Assembly: GCA_000002435.2 (NCBI GenBank)
Contig: CM018789.1
Length of the DNA: 64,000 nucleotides
Reading direction: 5' to 3' (one strand)
DNA from: Giardia intestinalis
Taxonomy: Eukaryota
Below, in pieces: positions 1-9,514 of this stretch; position 1 is the first letter of the stretch, and each line of letters opens with the position of its first letter. The notes under the pieces are model-generated. The model made no database searches, had not been told where the DNA came from, and worked only from the letters and a program-made list of their open reading frames with translations. The translations under genes and the position numbers were made by a program.

Positions 1-410
1 AGCCCGATGACCACTTGACCAAGTTGAATAGCATACTGGCTTACCAGCAGGCAAGGGTACAGCGGTGTAATGCCCTTCTTATGGACATTGAGCACAGTAT
101 GGATTCTCTTTGCGAGTCAAAAAGCATGCACTTATCATACCTTGCTCACGGACCTCAGACTCCCCAGTCGCTACCGAGTTCTCACAACAGTTGGAAGCAG
201 CGAGGGCACTGCAACTATGATTTGGAACATAGTAAAGATCGCAATGTGCGATTTAAAATATCACAACAGTCCAATGTTCCTTCACCAACTGATAATAGGT
301 GCAAAGAGGTCAAGATAGGATCGGTTTACTTTGCCCTTCCGACCCTGTTTGTCTTAGCAAGCATTTTATTAGTGTTACTTATTTATCTAGTCTCATTCGT
401 GATCCGTTGA
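1..410 (+). CDS. 3' end of a gene that begins upstream of the window. The encoded C-terminus ends in a hydrophobic tail-anchor-like helix (ALPTLFVLASILLVLLIYLVSFVI).
   Basis: The frame of track ORF 15..410 stays open back to nt 3. The track start is TTG, not ATG, so the true start lies upstream. A terminal transmembrane segment is predicted. Confidence 0.3.
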   Translation, partial: PDDHLTKLNSILAYQQARVQRCNALLMDIEHSMDSLCESKSMHLSYLAHGPQTPQSLPSSHNSWKQRGHCNYDLEHSKDRNVRFKISQQSNVPSPTDNRCKEVKIGSVYFALPTLFVLASILLVLLIYLVSFVIR

Positions 411-1541
411 TTGCATCGGGTCTACTCCCAAATAAATAGCTCCTGAAGACACGGACATTTGCTTTCCCCTTTTCCTTGATCTTTTTTTTGTGCGGCATTG
501 CTCCAAGAGGAGCCCAGGACGAATAGCGCTTCTAAAACGGGCTGGCCTATCTACCCCGGGGGGCTCAAACCTAATCCCGTTCCCAATTGGTGTTATTTTC
601 GTTGGAGTGAATAACGCAAGCTTCCACTCGGCGCCAAACACTTGCTGCATGTTGAATCTTCTGCCATAGTCATATGGTCTCTGGAATCCTTTGCTAGTAA
701 TACCATAGAATGTGCGATAGTCTTGATTCAATTGTCTCTCCACCATTGTCTCATTGGTCAACACAGATGATATAGAGCTACTGAACATGGCAGCAGTCAA
801 AATACATGAGATCAAAATAAATATAAAGCCTATCGGACACAGTACTATAGCGTACATCTGGATATCATTGTCAAAGAAAAATATTCTTACAAACGCATGT
901 ATAAACATAGAGAATGACATAATAGAACATATAAAACCAAACATCAGGAACCGAATGAAGTAGCCGAAGTTGTGAAACCCTACACAGGAGCCTATCCAGG
1001 GACAGTGGTGGTCACGTTTCAAAACACACCCCCTGCAAATTTTGCAGTGGTAGGCACGTTCTGTTCGGACCCTATTACATGTTTCACAGTAGCCTTTGTC
1101 TAGCACTTCATCTTCAGACGCTTCATGGCTGCATGTCTCTTTCTCGACATTCAACGCCTTTGGGGCATAGCCCGGAGAGGTGAAGATTGCTTTAAAGTAG
1201 GACGACCCGTAGCAAAAGACGCCATAGAAGAAAACCAACAAGAAAACAGCACGGGTATATGTCCATCCAAAGTGCAATGTGCAGACAATTGGGCACGAGA
1301 AGGTGACAGTCGTAAGAAGAAGATTGAAAGACATTGCAGATGCATGCTCACAAAAGGCTCCACCTTCGCTACGAATGCGCTTCCCCTCCTTCTTCCGTTG
1401 TTCAATTTTCGCTATTCGCACAGCCTGCTTTCCTGCTTCTACCATCTCATAGTATTCTACAACACTTACAGGCTGGGCCTCCTCGGTGCTAACAGGCTCT
1501 ACCCCGTGTGTCTCGAGACTATTTCCATCGGGGACTTTCAT
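393..1541 (-). CDS. DHHC-type zinc-finger protein S-acyl (palmitoyl) transferase, multi-pass membrane protein
   Basis: ATG start at 1541. Cys-rich DHHC domain CxxCxxxxxxxxxHCxxCxxCVxxRDHHCPWIGSCVGFHN. Flanking hydrophobic helices. Confidence 0.85.
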   Translation of the reverse strand: MKVPDGNSLETHGVEPVSTEEAQPVSVVEYYEMVEAGKQAVRIAKIEQRKKEGKRIRSEGGAFCEHASAMSFNLLLTTVTFSCPIVCTLHFGWTYTRAVFLLVFFYGVFCYGSSYFKAIFTSPGYAPKALNVEKETCSHEASEDEVLDKGYCETCNRVRTERAYHCKICRGCVLKRDHHCPWIGSCVGFHNFGYFIRFLMFGFICSIMSFSMFIHAFVRIFFFDNDIQMYAIVLCPIGFIFILISCILTAAMFSSSISSVLTNETMVERQLNQDYRTFYGITSKGFQRPYDYGRRFNMQQVFGAEWKLALFTPTKITPIGNGIRFEPPGVDRPARFRSAIRPGLLLEQCRTKKRSRKRGKQMSVSSGAIYLGVDPMQSTDHE

Positions 1542-2035
1542 TATTTTAATTGCATTAGATGAATTGCGAAAAGTGATTGATAAACATCTTATAGGCTTTA
1601 ATCATTAGACGTTTGATTTTTGATAGACATATGTTTACAGTAAAGTTAATCTGGAGTTGACCTGGAGTTGGCCCGGAGTAATGACTGATGCTCTGTAGAC
1701 TCCTCGGAACGTAGAGGCCACTGAGTGAGGCCATTGAATATCTCTTAGGATTTGACAATCTTCGAACTTTCCTACTAGAAGCTTTTCTACTGGAGTTTAT
1801 GCCAATGGTACAAATAGAAGTCGGCATATAGACATGATGCAATTTTCCAGTGTAGGTGTCAAAGTAATGCAGAAAGATATCACGGCAGCAGATGGTAATA
1901 TGGTATAGAAGCTTGGAGGTCTAAACGTTCAAAGGTTGTCAGGCAGGAGGTGGAACCAAAGGGCACACAGACCAGTCTATGACGCTTAGAAGGAGGCCCA
2001 GAAACGTGTTCTATTTATACTCCAGCATTAGAGCA

Positions 2036-2650
2036 CTAATACTGGTAGTTTGGTACATCGTAGTAATCATAGCATAACTGAGGAACAACAGGAAGGCGGC
2101 AGGGAACGGCAACAGGTTCTCTGTAAGTGGTAGTAGACCGGATAAAGAGGTTATCTTGCCTCTGGACAGGAGCGTCTGCTAATCTGTTCTTGAGAATAGC
2201 CGCACTCGTGTATATGATGCCCGATGATGCTGGCCGAGGAGCCATGGTGGATGGCATCTGCGGCACCTGGTAAGGGGTAGCCGACGCAGACCTCTGTGAG
2301 AAAATGGGTTGACTATGCTGTGCATAAGGCAGCGGGTACTGAGGATAGAATTGAGCTGCACCAGAAGTTGGCCTTTTAGGCCTGAAAGCTACGTTAGATT
2401 CTTTGTGCTCAGAGGCTCGGGAAAACTGGTGACTATGATCTTGTTGGTAGTCTACAGGCAATCTAGCCCCGGGAGCATATAGAGGAGGCGGCGGATGAGG
2501 GTGCAGAGTGGCGGCTTCCTTCTGTGTGTTTACAGCCGTCCGGCGGGCGATAGAAAGCTCGTCCAATCCCAGATACAGCTTGGCATCATACTTGGATAGG
2601 TCATCAGTAAACGACTCTAAGTCATTTAAGTAAATTCCCGAAGGGTCCAT
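2036..2650 (-). CDS. Hypothetical Pro/Tyr-rich low-complexity protein (204 aa)
   Basis: ATG start whose codon overlaps the PIG-A ATG through a palindromic CATG. It fills an otherwise 1.1 kb gap in a compact genome. No recognisable domain. Confidence 0.4.
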   Translation of the reverse strand: MDPSGIYLNDLESFTDDLSKYDAKLYLGLDELSIARRTAVNTQKEAATLHPHPPPPLYAPGARLPVDYQQDHSHQFSRASEHKESNVAFRPKRPTSGAAQFYPQYPLPYAQHSQPIFSQRSASATPYQVPQMPSTMAPRPASSGIIYTSAAILKNRLADAPVQRQDNLFIRSTTTYREPVAVPCRLPVVPQLCYDYYDVPNYQY

Positions 2651-4013
2651 GAAAGTCTTGATTATTTCGGATTTTACCTATCCTCAGATAGGAGGTGTCG
2701 AAAAGCACATTCATGACTTGGGAGAAGCACTGGCAAAACACGGCTGCGAGGTGCACATAGCCACAGGAATAAAGCTGTCTGCCCCAATCTCGACACCGCA
2801 GATTACATACCACACCATCCCCGTCTATGGTCTTTCTTGTGGTGTCTCGCTTCCGTGCTACAGCCTAGAAATCCTCTGGCTCAGCAAGCTTCATCGAGAG
2901 CATAGTTTTACTATCGTTCACTGCCACCAAAGCTACTCAGTATTAGCATTAACAGGTCTACTGTGGGCACGTGCTGTGGGACTCCCTGCCATTCTCACCG
3001 AGCACTCTATGGCTCGAGGAGATGTATTCTATGAGATGCTGCTTTCTCCCATCAGACAGTGCTCCCTTGCATTGGCCCATCGGGTGATATGCGTGTCCCG
3101 TGAGTGCGAAGATAACCTGCGGTTGCTCCGCCACATATCCTTCCAGAACCCTGTAGACATAATTCCTAACATAGTTCCTGATAGAACGAGATTGCTATTG
3201 CCAAAGGATATGTTATTTAGTTGCGAGAAGTTCCGGCATTGGCCTCCAAAGCGTCTGAGAATAGCGTTTGTACAACGCCTTGTACAGCGCAAAGGAGCGG
3301 ACCTTATTGGACCCCTGCTCGGGTTGTTAGCAGCAAGTGGCATGGAGGCTGATGTATATGTAGTCGGATCTGGTCCAATGAGTGCACAAGTGAAGAAACT
3401 CCCAATGTATCAAAAGGACATACGACTCCTCGTTCTCGGGCCCCTGCCGAATGAAGAAGTTAGATGCCTTCTATCCACTTGTCACATAGGAGTTATACCA
3501 TCGTACCTTGAGGCTTTCTCGATGGTGCTAGTCGAATCCCTCCAAGAGGCGTGCATACCTGTAGCAAGCTGGGTTGGGGGCACTGATTCTGTATACAAGA
3601 GCATCTCTCCGTGGCTAGCTTCACGTTGCCTTTGCAGCCCCTCCGTACAAGAGCTCTATCAGCGCATCACCAATCTCCAGCATATCCCGCGGAACGCTCT
3701 TCTACAAGAGCTGACGACTGCCTCTGAGATTGCCCGCACGAAGTATACACCAGAAAGTGTCTCAAAGAGGGTATATGGTGTCTATGAAGAAGTTCGCTCC
3801 CAGTCACACCCAACCTGGGTAAGCGGCATTTTGGATATATGTAGGGCGAAAGTGGACTACTTCATATTTAAAGTCTGGTTCCTCGTTGTATTTACCTCAG
3901 TCGCCATCTTTCACAAAGTATACTCAATAACTCAAAGACTTTGGTGCCATGGCAAACAGAGTCAAAACTCAGTTTTGCGTATTCAGGTTGTCCAAGTTCA
4001 TTCTATTGACTGA
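2649..4013 (+). CDS. PIGA: Phosphatidylinositol N-acetylglucosaminyltransferase catalytic subunit (PIG-A/GPI3, GT4 family), first step of GPI-anchor synthesis
   Basis: N-terminal MKVLIISDFTYPQIGGVEKHIHDL, TEHSM, VICVSRECEDN, IPNIVPD and VQRLVQRKGADLI. These align with the PIG-A motifs SDFFYPNMGGVESHI, TDHSLFGF, ICVSYTSKEN, IPNAVD and VSRLVYRKGIDLL. Confidence 0.85.
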   Translation: MKVLIISDFTYPQIGGVEKHIHDLGEALAKHGCEVHIATGIKLSAPISTPQITYHTIPVYGLSCGVSLPCYSLEILWLSKLHREHSFTIVHCHQSYSVLALTGLLWARAVGLPAILTEHSMARGDVFYEMLLSPIRQCSLALAHRVICVSRECEDNLRLLRHISFQNPVDIIPNIVPDRTRLLLPKDMLFSCEKFRHWPPKRLRIAFVQRLVQRKGADLIGPLLGLLAASGMEADVYVVGSGPMSAQVKKLPMYQKDIRLLVLGPLPNEEVRCLLSTCHIGVIPSYLEAFSMVLVESLQEACIPVASWVGGTDSVYKSISPWLASRCLCSPSVQELYQRITNLQHIPRNALLQELTTASEIARTKYTPESVSKRVYGVYEEVRSQSHPTWVSGILDICRAKVDYFIFKVWFLVVFTSVAIFHKVYSITQRLWCHGKQSQNSVLRIQVVQVHSID

Positions 4014-4083
4014 GTGTCTAGGTTCCAAAATTAAAAAACGCTATAGGCCAAAATTCAAAAATTCCCTTGAATTTTAAAATATT

Positions 4084-5772
4084 ATGAGTACAGCGCAGCA
4101 GGGCTCTGCGGCCCCCCAGCCAGTATCCATCGTAGAGTCCATTGTAGTCGATGAGAACGGTAAAAAGAAGAAGATCATTCGGAAGGTATATGCAAAAAAG
4201 CCAGGGGCGGAAACATCGGGGACTCAGCAGGTTAGTGTGCCGGGATCCAAGGGCGACCCGCTCTCTCACTCCATGATTGCCAATGCGACGGAGGAAGACA
4301 TCGCTCGTATTGCCCAGTCTCTTATAGATCGCCTGGATGCTCCCAGTGCGCCTGGGACGCCGAATCGCACCACCATGCAGCCCCCGCGCACCTCAACATC
4401 GAGGTCTGGCTCCAGGCAAAATAATAGAATGACATCAATGATGGCCGATCGCCAAGAGAACTCTTTCATGCGCAGCCAGGCGGATGCGTCGGGGTTCTAT
4501 GAGGAGCCAGTGGTCATGGCTCAAACATCGAGGAAGTCTCCATCTCCGCCCCCGGTGCCTGCGAAGTCCCCCAGTGGGGTGGGAGGGTCGACTCCTTCTA
4601 GGTCTCCACGCGGGTCCCAGGTTTCTCAGTTCGGAGGAAAGTCTCCCACTTCCCATCGCTCCCCTGCGGCTAGTCACCGAGACGCTTCTGTCCGCAACCA
4701 ATCCTTCCGTGATCAATCTGTCCGTATGAATGAGAGCATGACCAGGGATCGCCTCGACGAAAGCACAAGGGGGTCTGTCTCTGGGAGACCGAGATCCCGC
4801 GGTGACATGTCCATGAGAACCAAGCAGAGGTCGACGTCTGCCACACCCAACCTTGGCGGGCAGAGCACTATGCGCTCCACTTCTCGTGGTGGTGCTGTGG
4901 GTGCTCCTCAAACTCCTGGGCGCAGTCGCTACGATGACAGCGAGATGTTCACTACGATGACAGCGAACGACCAGGACATGGTCAATCGTCTACGAATACA
5001 GCTTATGAATGAGCGCAAGATGACTGAGAAGTACAAGAAGGACTTGGACCTCTTGACTAACCGTGAAGAATTGGAGAACATGCGCTATCAGATAAATGAA
5101 CTGAGGAAGCAGCTCAAGGAGAAGGACCACGAGCTTTCTTTACTTAAAAAGACCAGCGCCAGCAAGGAGCGCGCCTTCAAACAGGCCTTCGATGCAGACG
5201 CAAACGGACAGACCTCCATTGATCGCTTGAGAAACGAGCTCCAAGGGGCCGAAACGCTGATTACCGGGCTCAGGCGTGAAAAGCAGGCTCTGCAGGAAAA
5301 GAATGATGAGATGGAGCGCCGAGAACGTCGCCTTTTGAAGGTCCTGCCGACCGTGTACTATCGCATCACCGGTCAGCAAAATGGCAACTCAGAGGACCCT
5401 GCCACGCTTATTGAGTTGGTTTACAATCAATTTAATTCGATGGCTATCGATTTGCGCGACTCCCTGCTGGCACGCGACAAGCTTCACCAGAAGGTAGACT
5501 CATTGACCAGTGAGCTGCAGCGATGTGGGAAGGACCTAGAAGTTGCTGTTAAGTCTATTGAAAATAGCAGAAGGCGCAGCGATGGGGAGGTTTCGAAGTA
5601 CAAAGAAACGATATACGACCTTGAGAATCGCATCATGGGCTTCGCTAAGGAGTACGAGAACCTGCTGAAACAGTATAAGTCAAACGTATCCAGTGGTGAC
5701 GCTGTCCTCAATGCTCTCAATACAGGGGACTTCTCTATGATGAACTCCCAGACGGGCGCATATAACTCATAA
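4084..5772 (+). CDS. Hypothetical protein: Ser/Arg/Thr-rich disordered N-terminal half and long C-terminal coiled-coil
   Basis: 562-aa ORF with ATG in an AT-rich context (ttaaaatattATG). Heptad-rich C-terminus. A TGTAAAC polyA-like motif sits about 50 nt after the stop. Confidence 0.6.
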   Translation: MSTAQQGSAAPQPVSIVESIVVDENGKKKKIIRKVYAKKPGAETSGTQQVSVPGSKGDPLSHSMIANATEEDIARIAQSLIDRLDAPSAPGTPNRTTMQPPRTSTSRSGSRQNNRMTSMMADRQENSFMRSQADASGFYEEPVVMAQTSRKSPSPPPVPAKSPSGVGGSTPSRSPRGSQVSQFGGKSPTSHRSPAASHRDASVRNQSFRDQSVRMNESMTRDRLDESTRGSVSGRPRSRGDMSMRTKQRSTSATPNLGGQSTMRSTSRGGAVGAPQTPGRSRYDDSEMFTTMTANDQDMVNRLRIQLMNERKMTEKYKKDLDLLTNREELENMRYQINELRKQLKEKDHELSLLKKTSASKERAFKQAFDADANGQTSIDRLRNELQGAETLITGLRREKQALQEKNDEMERRERRLLKVLPTVYYRITGQQNGNSEDPATLIELVYNQFNSMAIDLRDSLLARDKLHQKVDSLTSELQRCGKDLEVAVKSIENSRRRSDGEVSKYKETIYDLENRIMGFAKEYENLLKQYKSNVSSGDAVLNALNTGDFSMMNSQTGAYNS

Positions 5773-5852
5773 GGGACAACCAGTTGGTTGCTGCGCTGTG
5801 TGTATTACCGTGTAAACAGCCTTTGGGGGTGAGTGGCGTACCGCCGGACACG

Positions 5853-8408
5853 TCATAGCATCTTCTCTGTTAGAATTCGATGTAGCTCGGCGGATAGCTC
5901 ATCGGGTAGGGCTACTGGAGATGAAAGCAGTTCGAGCAGCAAGACATGGAATTCGGCAGAAAGGCCGGATGTCACAAGAGCCTGAACAATATCAATGCAG
6001 CTATAACAGGTGCTTATCAGAGCGCGGCGGAAAACTCTAAGTGCAGAAGCATCTTCATGCTCCTTTGCAAAGAGAGAAGTATGATCAAGCTTTGTCTCCA
6101 TTAGAGACTGCCGTAGAAATGTGGAAATGGCACCGCAGAGTTGACCATCAAAACGTCCATTGTAAATTGCTGCTCGCAGTAACAGCAAGCTATTGTTAAT
6201 TATATATGATCTAGATGCCAATCTATTAGCAAATTTTTGGAGCTTAGTTTTCCATTTCAGCCCAGCAAAGGACCGTGCCTGGTTCGGGTCGTCCACGTGC
6301 CTTGCAGTGAGACCTGACCGTAAGGACAGTTCTTCTTCTATAAGCAAGCTGAGAGCTGTTAGGACAAACGGGTGTACCATACTGTTTGAAAACAAAGCTA
6401 ATGAAATGCAATGGAAGAGAATGGGCCGTGATGAGCAAAACGTAATAACGATACCGTTGTTGATCATATAGTAGTGTCTATGTAGCAATGAACCCAATAG
6501 CACCATAAGCAACCCAATGGATCTTTGGGTGGGCTCGACCAGAAAGTTATTTGTGATAGACTCCAAGTTTCCAAGGTGCTGACTAGAAAGTGTAAAGTAA
6601 ATATTATCCGGAGAGAGATTGGGATTGGTGCCCAAGTTCAACCGCGGAAGGACAGTAGAAAATATGTAGGTAGAGCATGTCAAAATATTGCAATATATTC
6701 GAGTGTCAATAGCCGAGATTGTCATCCGCAAGGATAAAGATTGTACCGGGTGTTGGCAACCAGTTCTAATAAAGCTGGCAACAAAAGAATCGATCTCATC
6801 AGACAAGATGGAGTACAATAGAAAAAGGCACGCTGGAGAATCGAGGATCAGAGTCTCTCCCACGCCAGTCAGACAGTTATCACATAGAAACAAGTTGTAT
6901 AGTTCTGTGATATGTAACTCGAGTAGCTCTACCAATGCCAGCTTGGTTTTGCCCTGCCATTCGGCACAGTCACTGTACTGGACATCAAGCAGAGAACAGA
7001 TCAACTGCGACGCTATATGCGTATGCTTCCTGATGGCCAGGTCCAGCAAGTGTTGATCAACAAGTGGCGCATGCATCTTGAGATTGCCTAGGAGGTGCTG
7101 CTGATTAAGTAAGTTTGTGCCTGGAGGAAATGCGTGATAATATGCTATTCGGATGGGATCTGATATGAACTTATCTTTAAGTGTCAGGCGTGACTCTGAT
7201 GACTCTTCTATGGCCAAATCATTGGGGGTAAGACGCCACGATGAGCTTAAGATAATATCAAGACCGCGTCTTCGGAGCATGCAGAGCTCCTCCTTCTGGT
7301 ACACTCGCTGGCCTTTGATGGAGCTTGTGTCTGTCATTGGGACTGCGTGCTCGTTGTAAGTGGGAATTCTAGACTGTCCAAAGTTATAGCATGACAGTGA
7401 CGTGATTTGATGAAGATGGTATCCCGTTCTGTTATAGTTTGTGACAGGTGCAGAGGCCGTAGGGTTTGGCACTGCCACACTAACGCAGGTGTGTATGTCG
7501 GGTAGAATATTACAAGCGTAAGAGGCGCCCTTGAGAATAGCAGGGTCTTCATCCCTGAGAGCTGCCAGGGCGGACAAAGGTCTGTTCCCCGACTGGCTAT
7601 CTTGTTCCTCTTCCTTCTCCGGTACAGCTGCTTCATGTAGGTCTGCTGCTATCTCTTCTACATTCAATTTAATATCCGGTTCCTTAAGAGGTCCCACTGA
7701 CTCTTTTCCCTTTTTAGTCTTCGCAAGCTTGGCCTGTCGTCGTTTTTGTGCCACTCTTGGGTCTTCCTCCTCTTCGCGGTCTTCTTGCTCCTCTTGCTCT
7801 TCCTGCTCCTCGATTGGGGATGGTACATCTGCAGTGTTGTCTACCTCATCGAGAAAGTCAAGTGATGCTAGCGAGCGGTCAACTCCAATGTATGGACGAA
7901 GAAATGCGCCTTGCCAAGCAGCGTAGACGAGATAAATGATACGGTTAGACACTGTGTGCGACTTGCTGAGATATACTTGCTCATAGATAAGAACGTATCG
8001 TATGTAGGTGTCTATAAAGGCATTAATGAAACTGGAATTAGTTAAAAGCTCCACATTGTCCCATTTCAGAATGGTAAACAGGTCGGCAAGATTCTTCCGA
8101 GGAGTGACTGGTAGGACGCAAACGTGCTCTAAAACACCTTTAAGTGCGTCATCGTTGAACAGAACGCTGAAGATACCCCCAAGTTGAACTGCAGCATGGA
8201 AGATGGCATAAATGTCGGCGTAATTACCGCCAAGAATGGGCCAATCACTGGTATAAACACCAAGTAAGCTGAAGTTCAGACGAAATAGGTCAGAATAGAA
8301 CTTGGCCTTAGCAGCAGACTGGTCACCGCCTAAACTTTCAGACGCTATTTTCCAAACTGTGGAGGATGCACATCTGTGGCCTTGGAGACTTGTAAAAAGT
8401 TGTTGCAT
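5853..8408 (-). CDS. Hypothetical 851-aa protein with a central acidic EEQEEQEEQEDREEEED tract. Leu-rich and helical, no confidently recognised domain.
   Basis: Long ATG-initiated ORF at typical Giardia gene density. It is divergent from the 8416 gene with an 8-bp spacer. Confidence 0.6.
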   Translation of the reverse strand: MQQLFTSLQGHRCASSTVWKIASESLGGDQSAAKAKFYSDLFRLNFSLLGVYTSDWPILGGNYADIYAIFHAAVQLGGIFSVLFNDDALKGVLEHVCVLPVTPRKNLADLFTILKWDNVELLTNSSFINAFIDTYIRYVLIYEQVYLSKSHTVSNRIIYLVYAAWQGAFLRPYIGVDRSLASLDFLDEVDNTADVPSPIEEQEEQEEQEDREEEEDPRVAQKRRQAKLAKTKKGKESVGPLKEPDIKLNVEEIAADLHEAAVPEKEEEQDSQSGNRPLSALAALRDEDPAILKGASYACNILPDIHTCVSVAVPNPTASAPVTNYNRTGYHLHQITSLSCYNFGQSRIPTYNEHAVPMTDTSSIKGQRVYQKEELCMLRRRGLDIILSSSWRLTPNDLAIEESSESRLTLKDKFISDPIRIAYYHAFPPGTNLLNQQHLLGNLKMHAPLVDQHLLDLAIRKHTHIASQLICSLLDVQYSDCAEWQGKTKLALVELLELHITELYNLFLCDNCLTGVGETLILDSPACLFLLYSILSDEIDSFVASFIRTGCQHPVQSLSLRMTISAIDTRIYCNILTCSTYIFSTVLPRLNLGTNPNLSPDNIYFTLSSQHLGNLESITNNFLVEPTQRSIGLLMVLLGSLLHRHYYMINNGIVITFCSSRPILFHCISLALFSNSMVHPFVLTALSLLIEEELSLRSGLTARHVDDPNQARSFAGLKWKTKLQKFANRLASRSYIINNSLLLLRAAIYNGRFDGQLCGAISTFLRQSLMETKLDHTSLFAKEHEDASALRVFRRALISTCYSCIDIVQALVTSGLSAEFHVLLLELLSSPVALPDELSAELHRILTEKML

Positions 8409-8415
8409 TTTTTAG

Positions 8416-9498
8416 ATGGCGCAGAACTTCAAATGCATCGATCTCTGCCTTCTACTGCACAATATACTAAAGATTGAAGATATTGAATTGGCAGTTGAGG
8501 TCACAAATCGCTCTGTACAGCGTTCATTCTCTTTAAGGGATGCAGCGACTGTCTGGCTCAACTGCCTGCAGAACCCTTCATATGCGAGATATCTTTTGGT
8601 ATCCATTCTTCAGGAGCTTGAGAAAGGAACCTTACAAGCATCAACACTCCCATCTGAGTTTGTAATGAGACGGTTATGGACTCTGCCCCAAATTCTTCTC
8701 TACCTTTATAGTCAGTTCCATATAGTGACCGCACAGCAAAATGCACCAAACTTCTTGCACTGCCTGCCGGAGTTTTCCTCTCACGAGAATATCTCTGACC
8801 GGTGTCTACTCATGATCAAGCAATACTTCAAGCGTAACATGGCCCAGTTAGGCGGGAGTGAGTGGCTTACCCTGGAGCAGCTTACCCACCCGTCTCTAAC
8901 TGGAAAAGAGGCACTTCATTCACAGCAGAGTGTGATGTTTTCCAACCAGGTCAATATCGTGTTAGTAGACTCAATAGGTTCTCGTGACGCAAAGCCGACA
9001 GATCCTAGGTCACCGCTTATATCTGCAGCCATGGAGTCACGTCTTGCAAAGCACAATACACTCCAATCTTTGTTTGACGAAGCATCCATAGAATTGGATC
9101 TTTTGAAGTGTTTCAGGCCCTCGCTCTCCGACCCAGGAACGGTTGTTATAATCAGCTGCGCAGGAACCGCCATTTTTTCCCCTAAAAAGGGAGATTCTTC
9201 ACTTGTGATTGGCACCTCCAAGAGCGCGAATATTTCCTTGCGCACAGTTTGTCCAACTGCGGCCCTGCAGCACCTTATTCTCACCTTTGACGCCGATAAG
9301 TGTTCATCTTTAATATCCAACATTGGCTATGAGCAATCTGTCTTCTATATGATCTATAAACCCGGGTTCAAATCCACCGCGGTTGACCTTAGACCTGGTG
9401 GCAAGCTGTTTTTCAATCTCACGCACAATTATGAGTCCAGACCTGTTATGGTTGCTGTTTACATTTATGGTTTTCCTCTCCTTATGTATGTCTTTTAA
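8416..9498 (+). CDS. Hypothetical protein (360 aa)
   Basis: ATG-initiated ORF tightly packed between flanking genes. Confidence 0.5.
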   Translation: MAQNFKCIDLCLLLHNILKIEDIELAVEVTNRSVQRSFSLRDAATVWLNCLQNPSYARYLLVSILQELEKGTLQASTLPSEFVMRRLWTLPQILLYLYSQFHIVTAQQNAPNFLHCLPEFSSHENISDRCLLMIKQYFKRNMAQLGGSEWLTLEQLTHPSLTGKEALHSQQSVMFSNQVNIVLVDSIGSRDAKPTDPRSPLISAAMESRLAKHNTLQSLFDEASIELDLLKCFRPSLSDPGTVVIISCAGTAIFSPKKGDSSLVIGTSKSANISLRTVCPTAALQHLILTFDADKCSSLISNIGYEQSVFYMIYKPGFKSTAVDLRPGGKLFFNLTHNYESRPVMVAVYIYGFPLLMYVF

Positions 9499-9514
9499 TG
9501 CACAACACCCTCAC

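Noticed and set aside
4435-4911. 158-aa ORF antisense inside the 562-aa gene; similar antisense ORFs at 6193..6471, 7531..7926, 10509..10823, 15374..15832, 18563..18940, 25444..25893 and 63523..63915
   Set aside because: They are embedded opposite clearly better-supported genes. Their composition is Arg/Ser/Cys-skewed and no domains were found. They are typical shadow ORFs.
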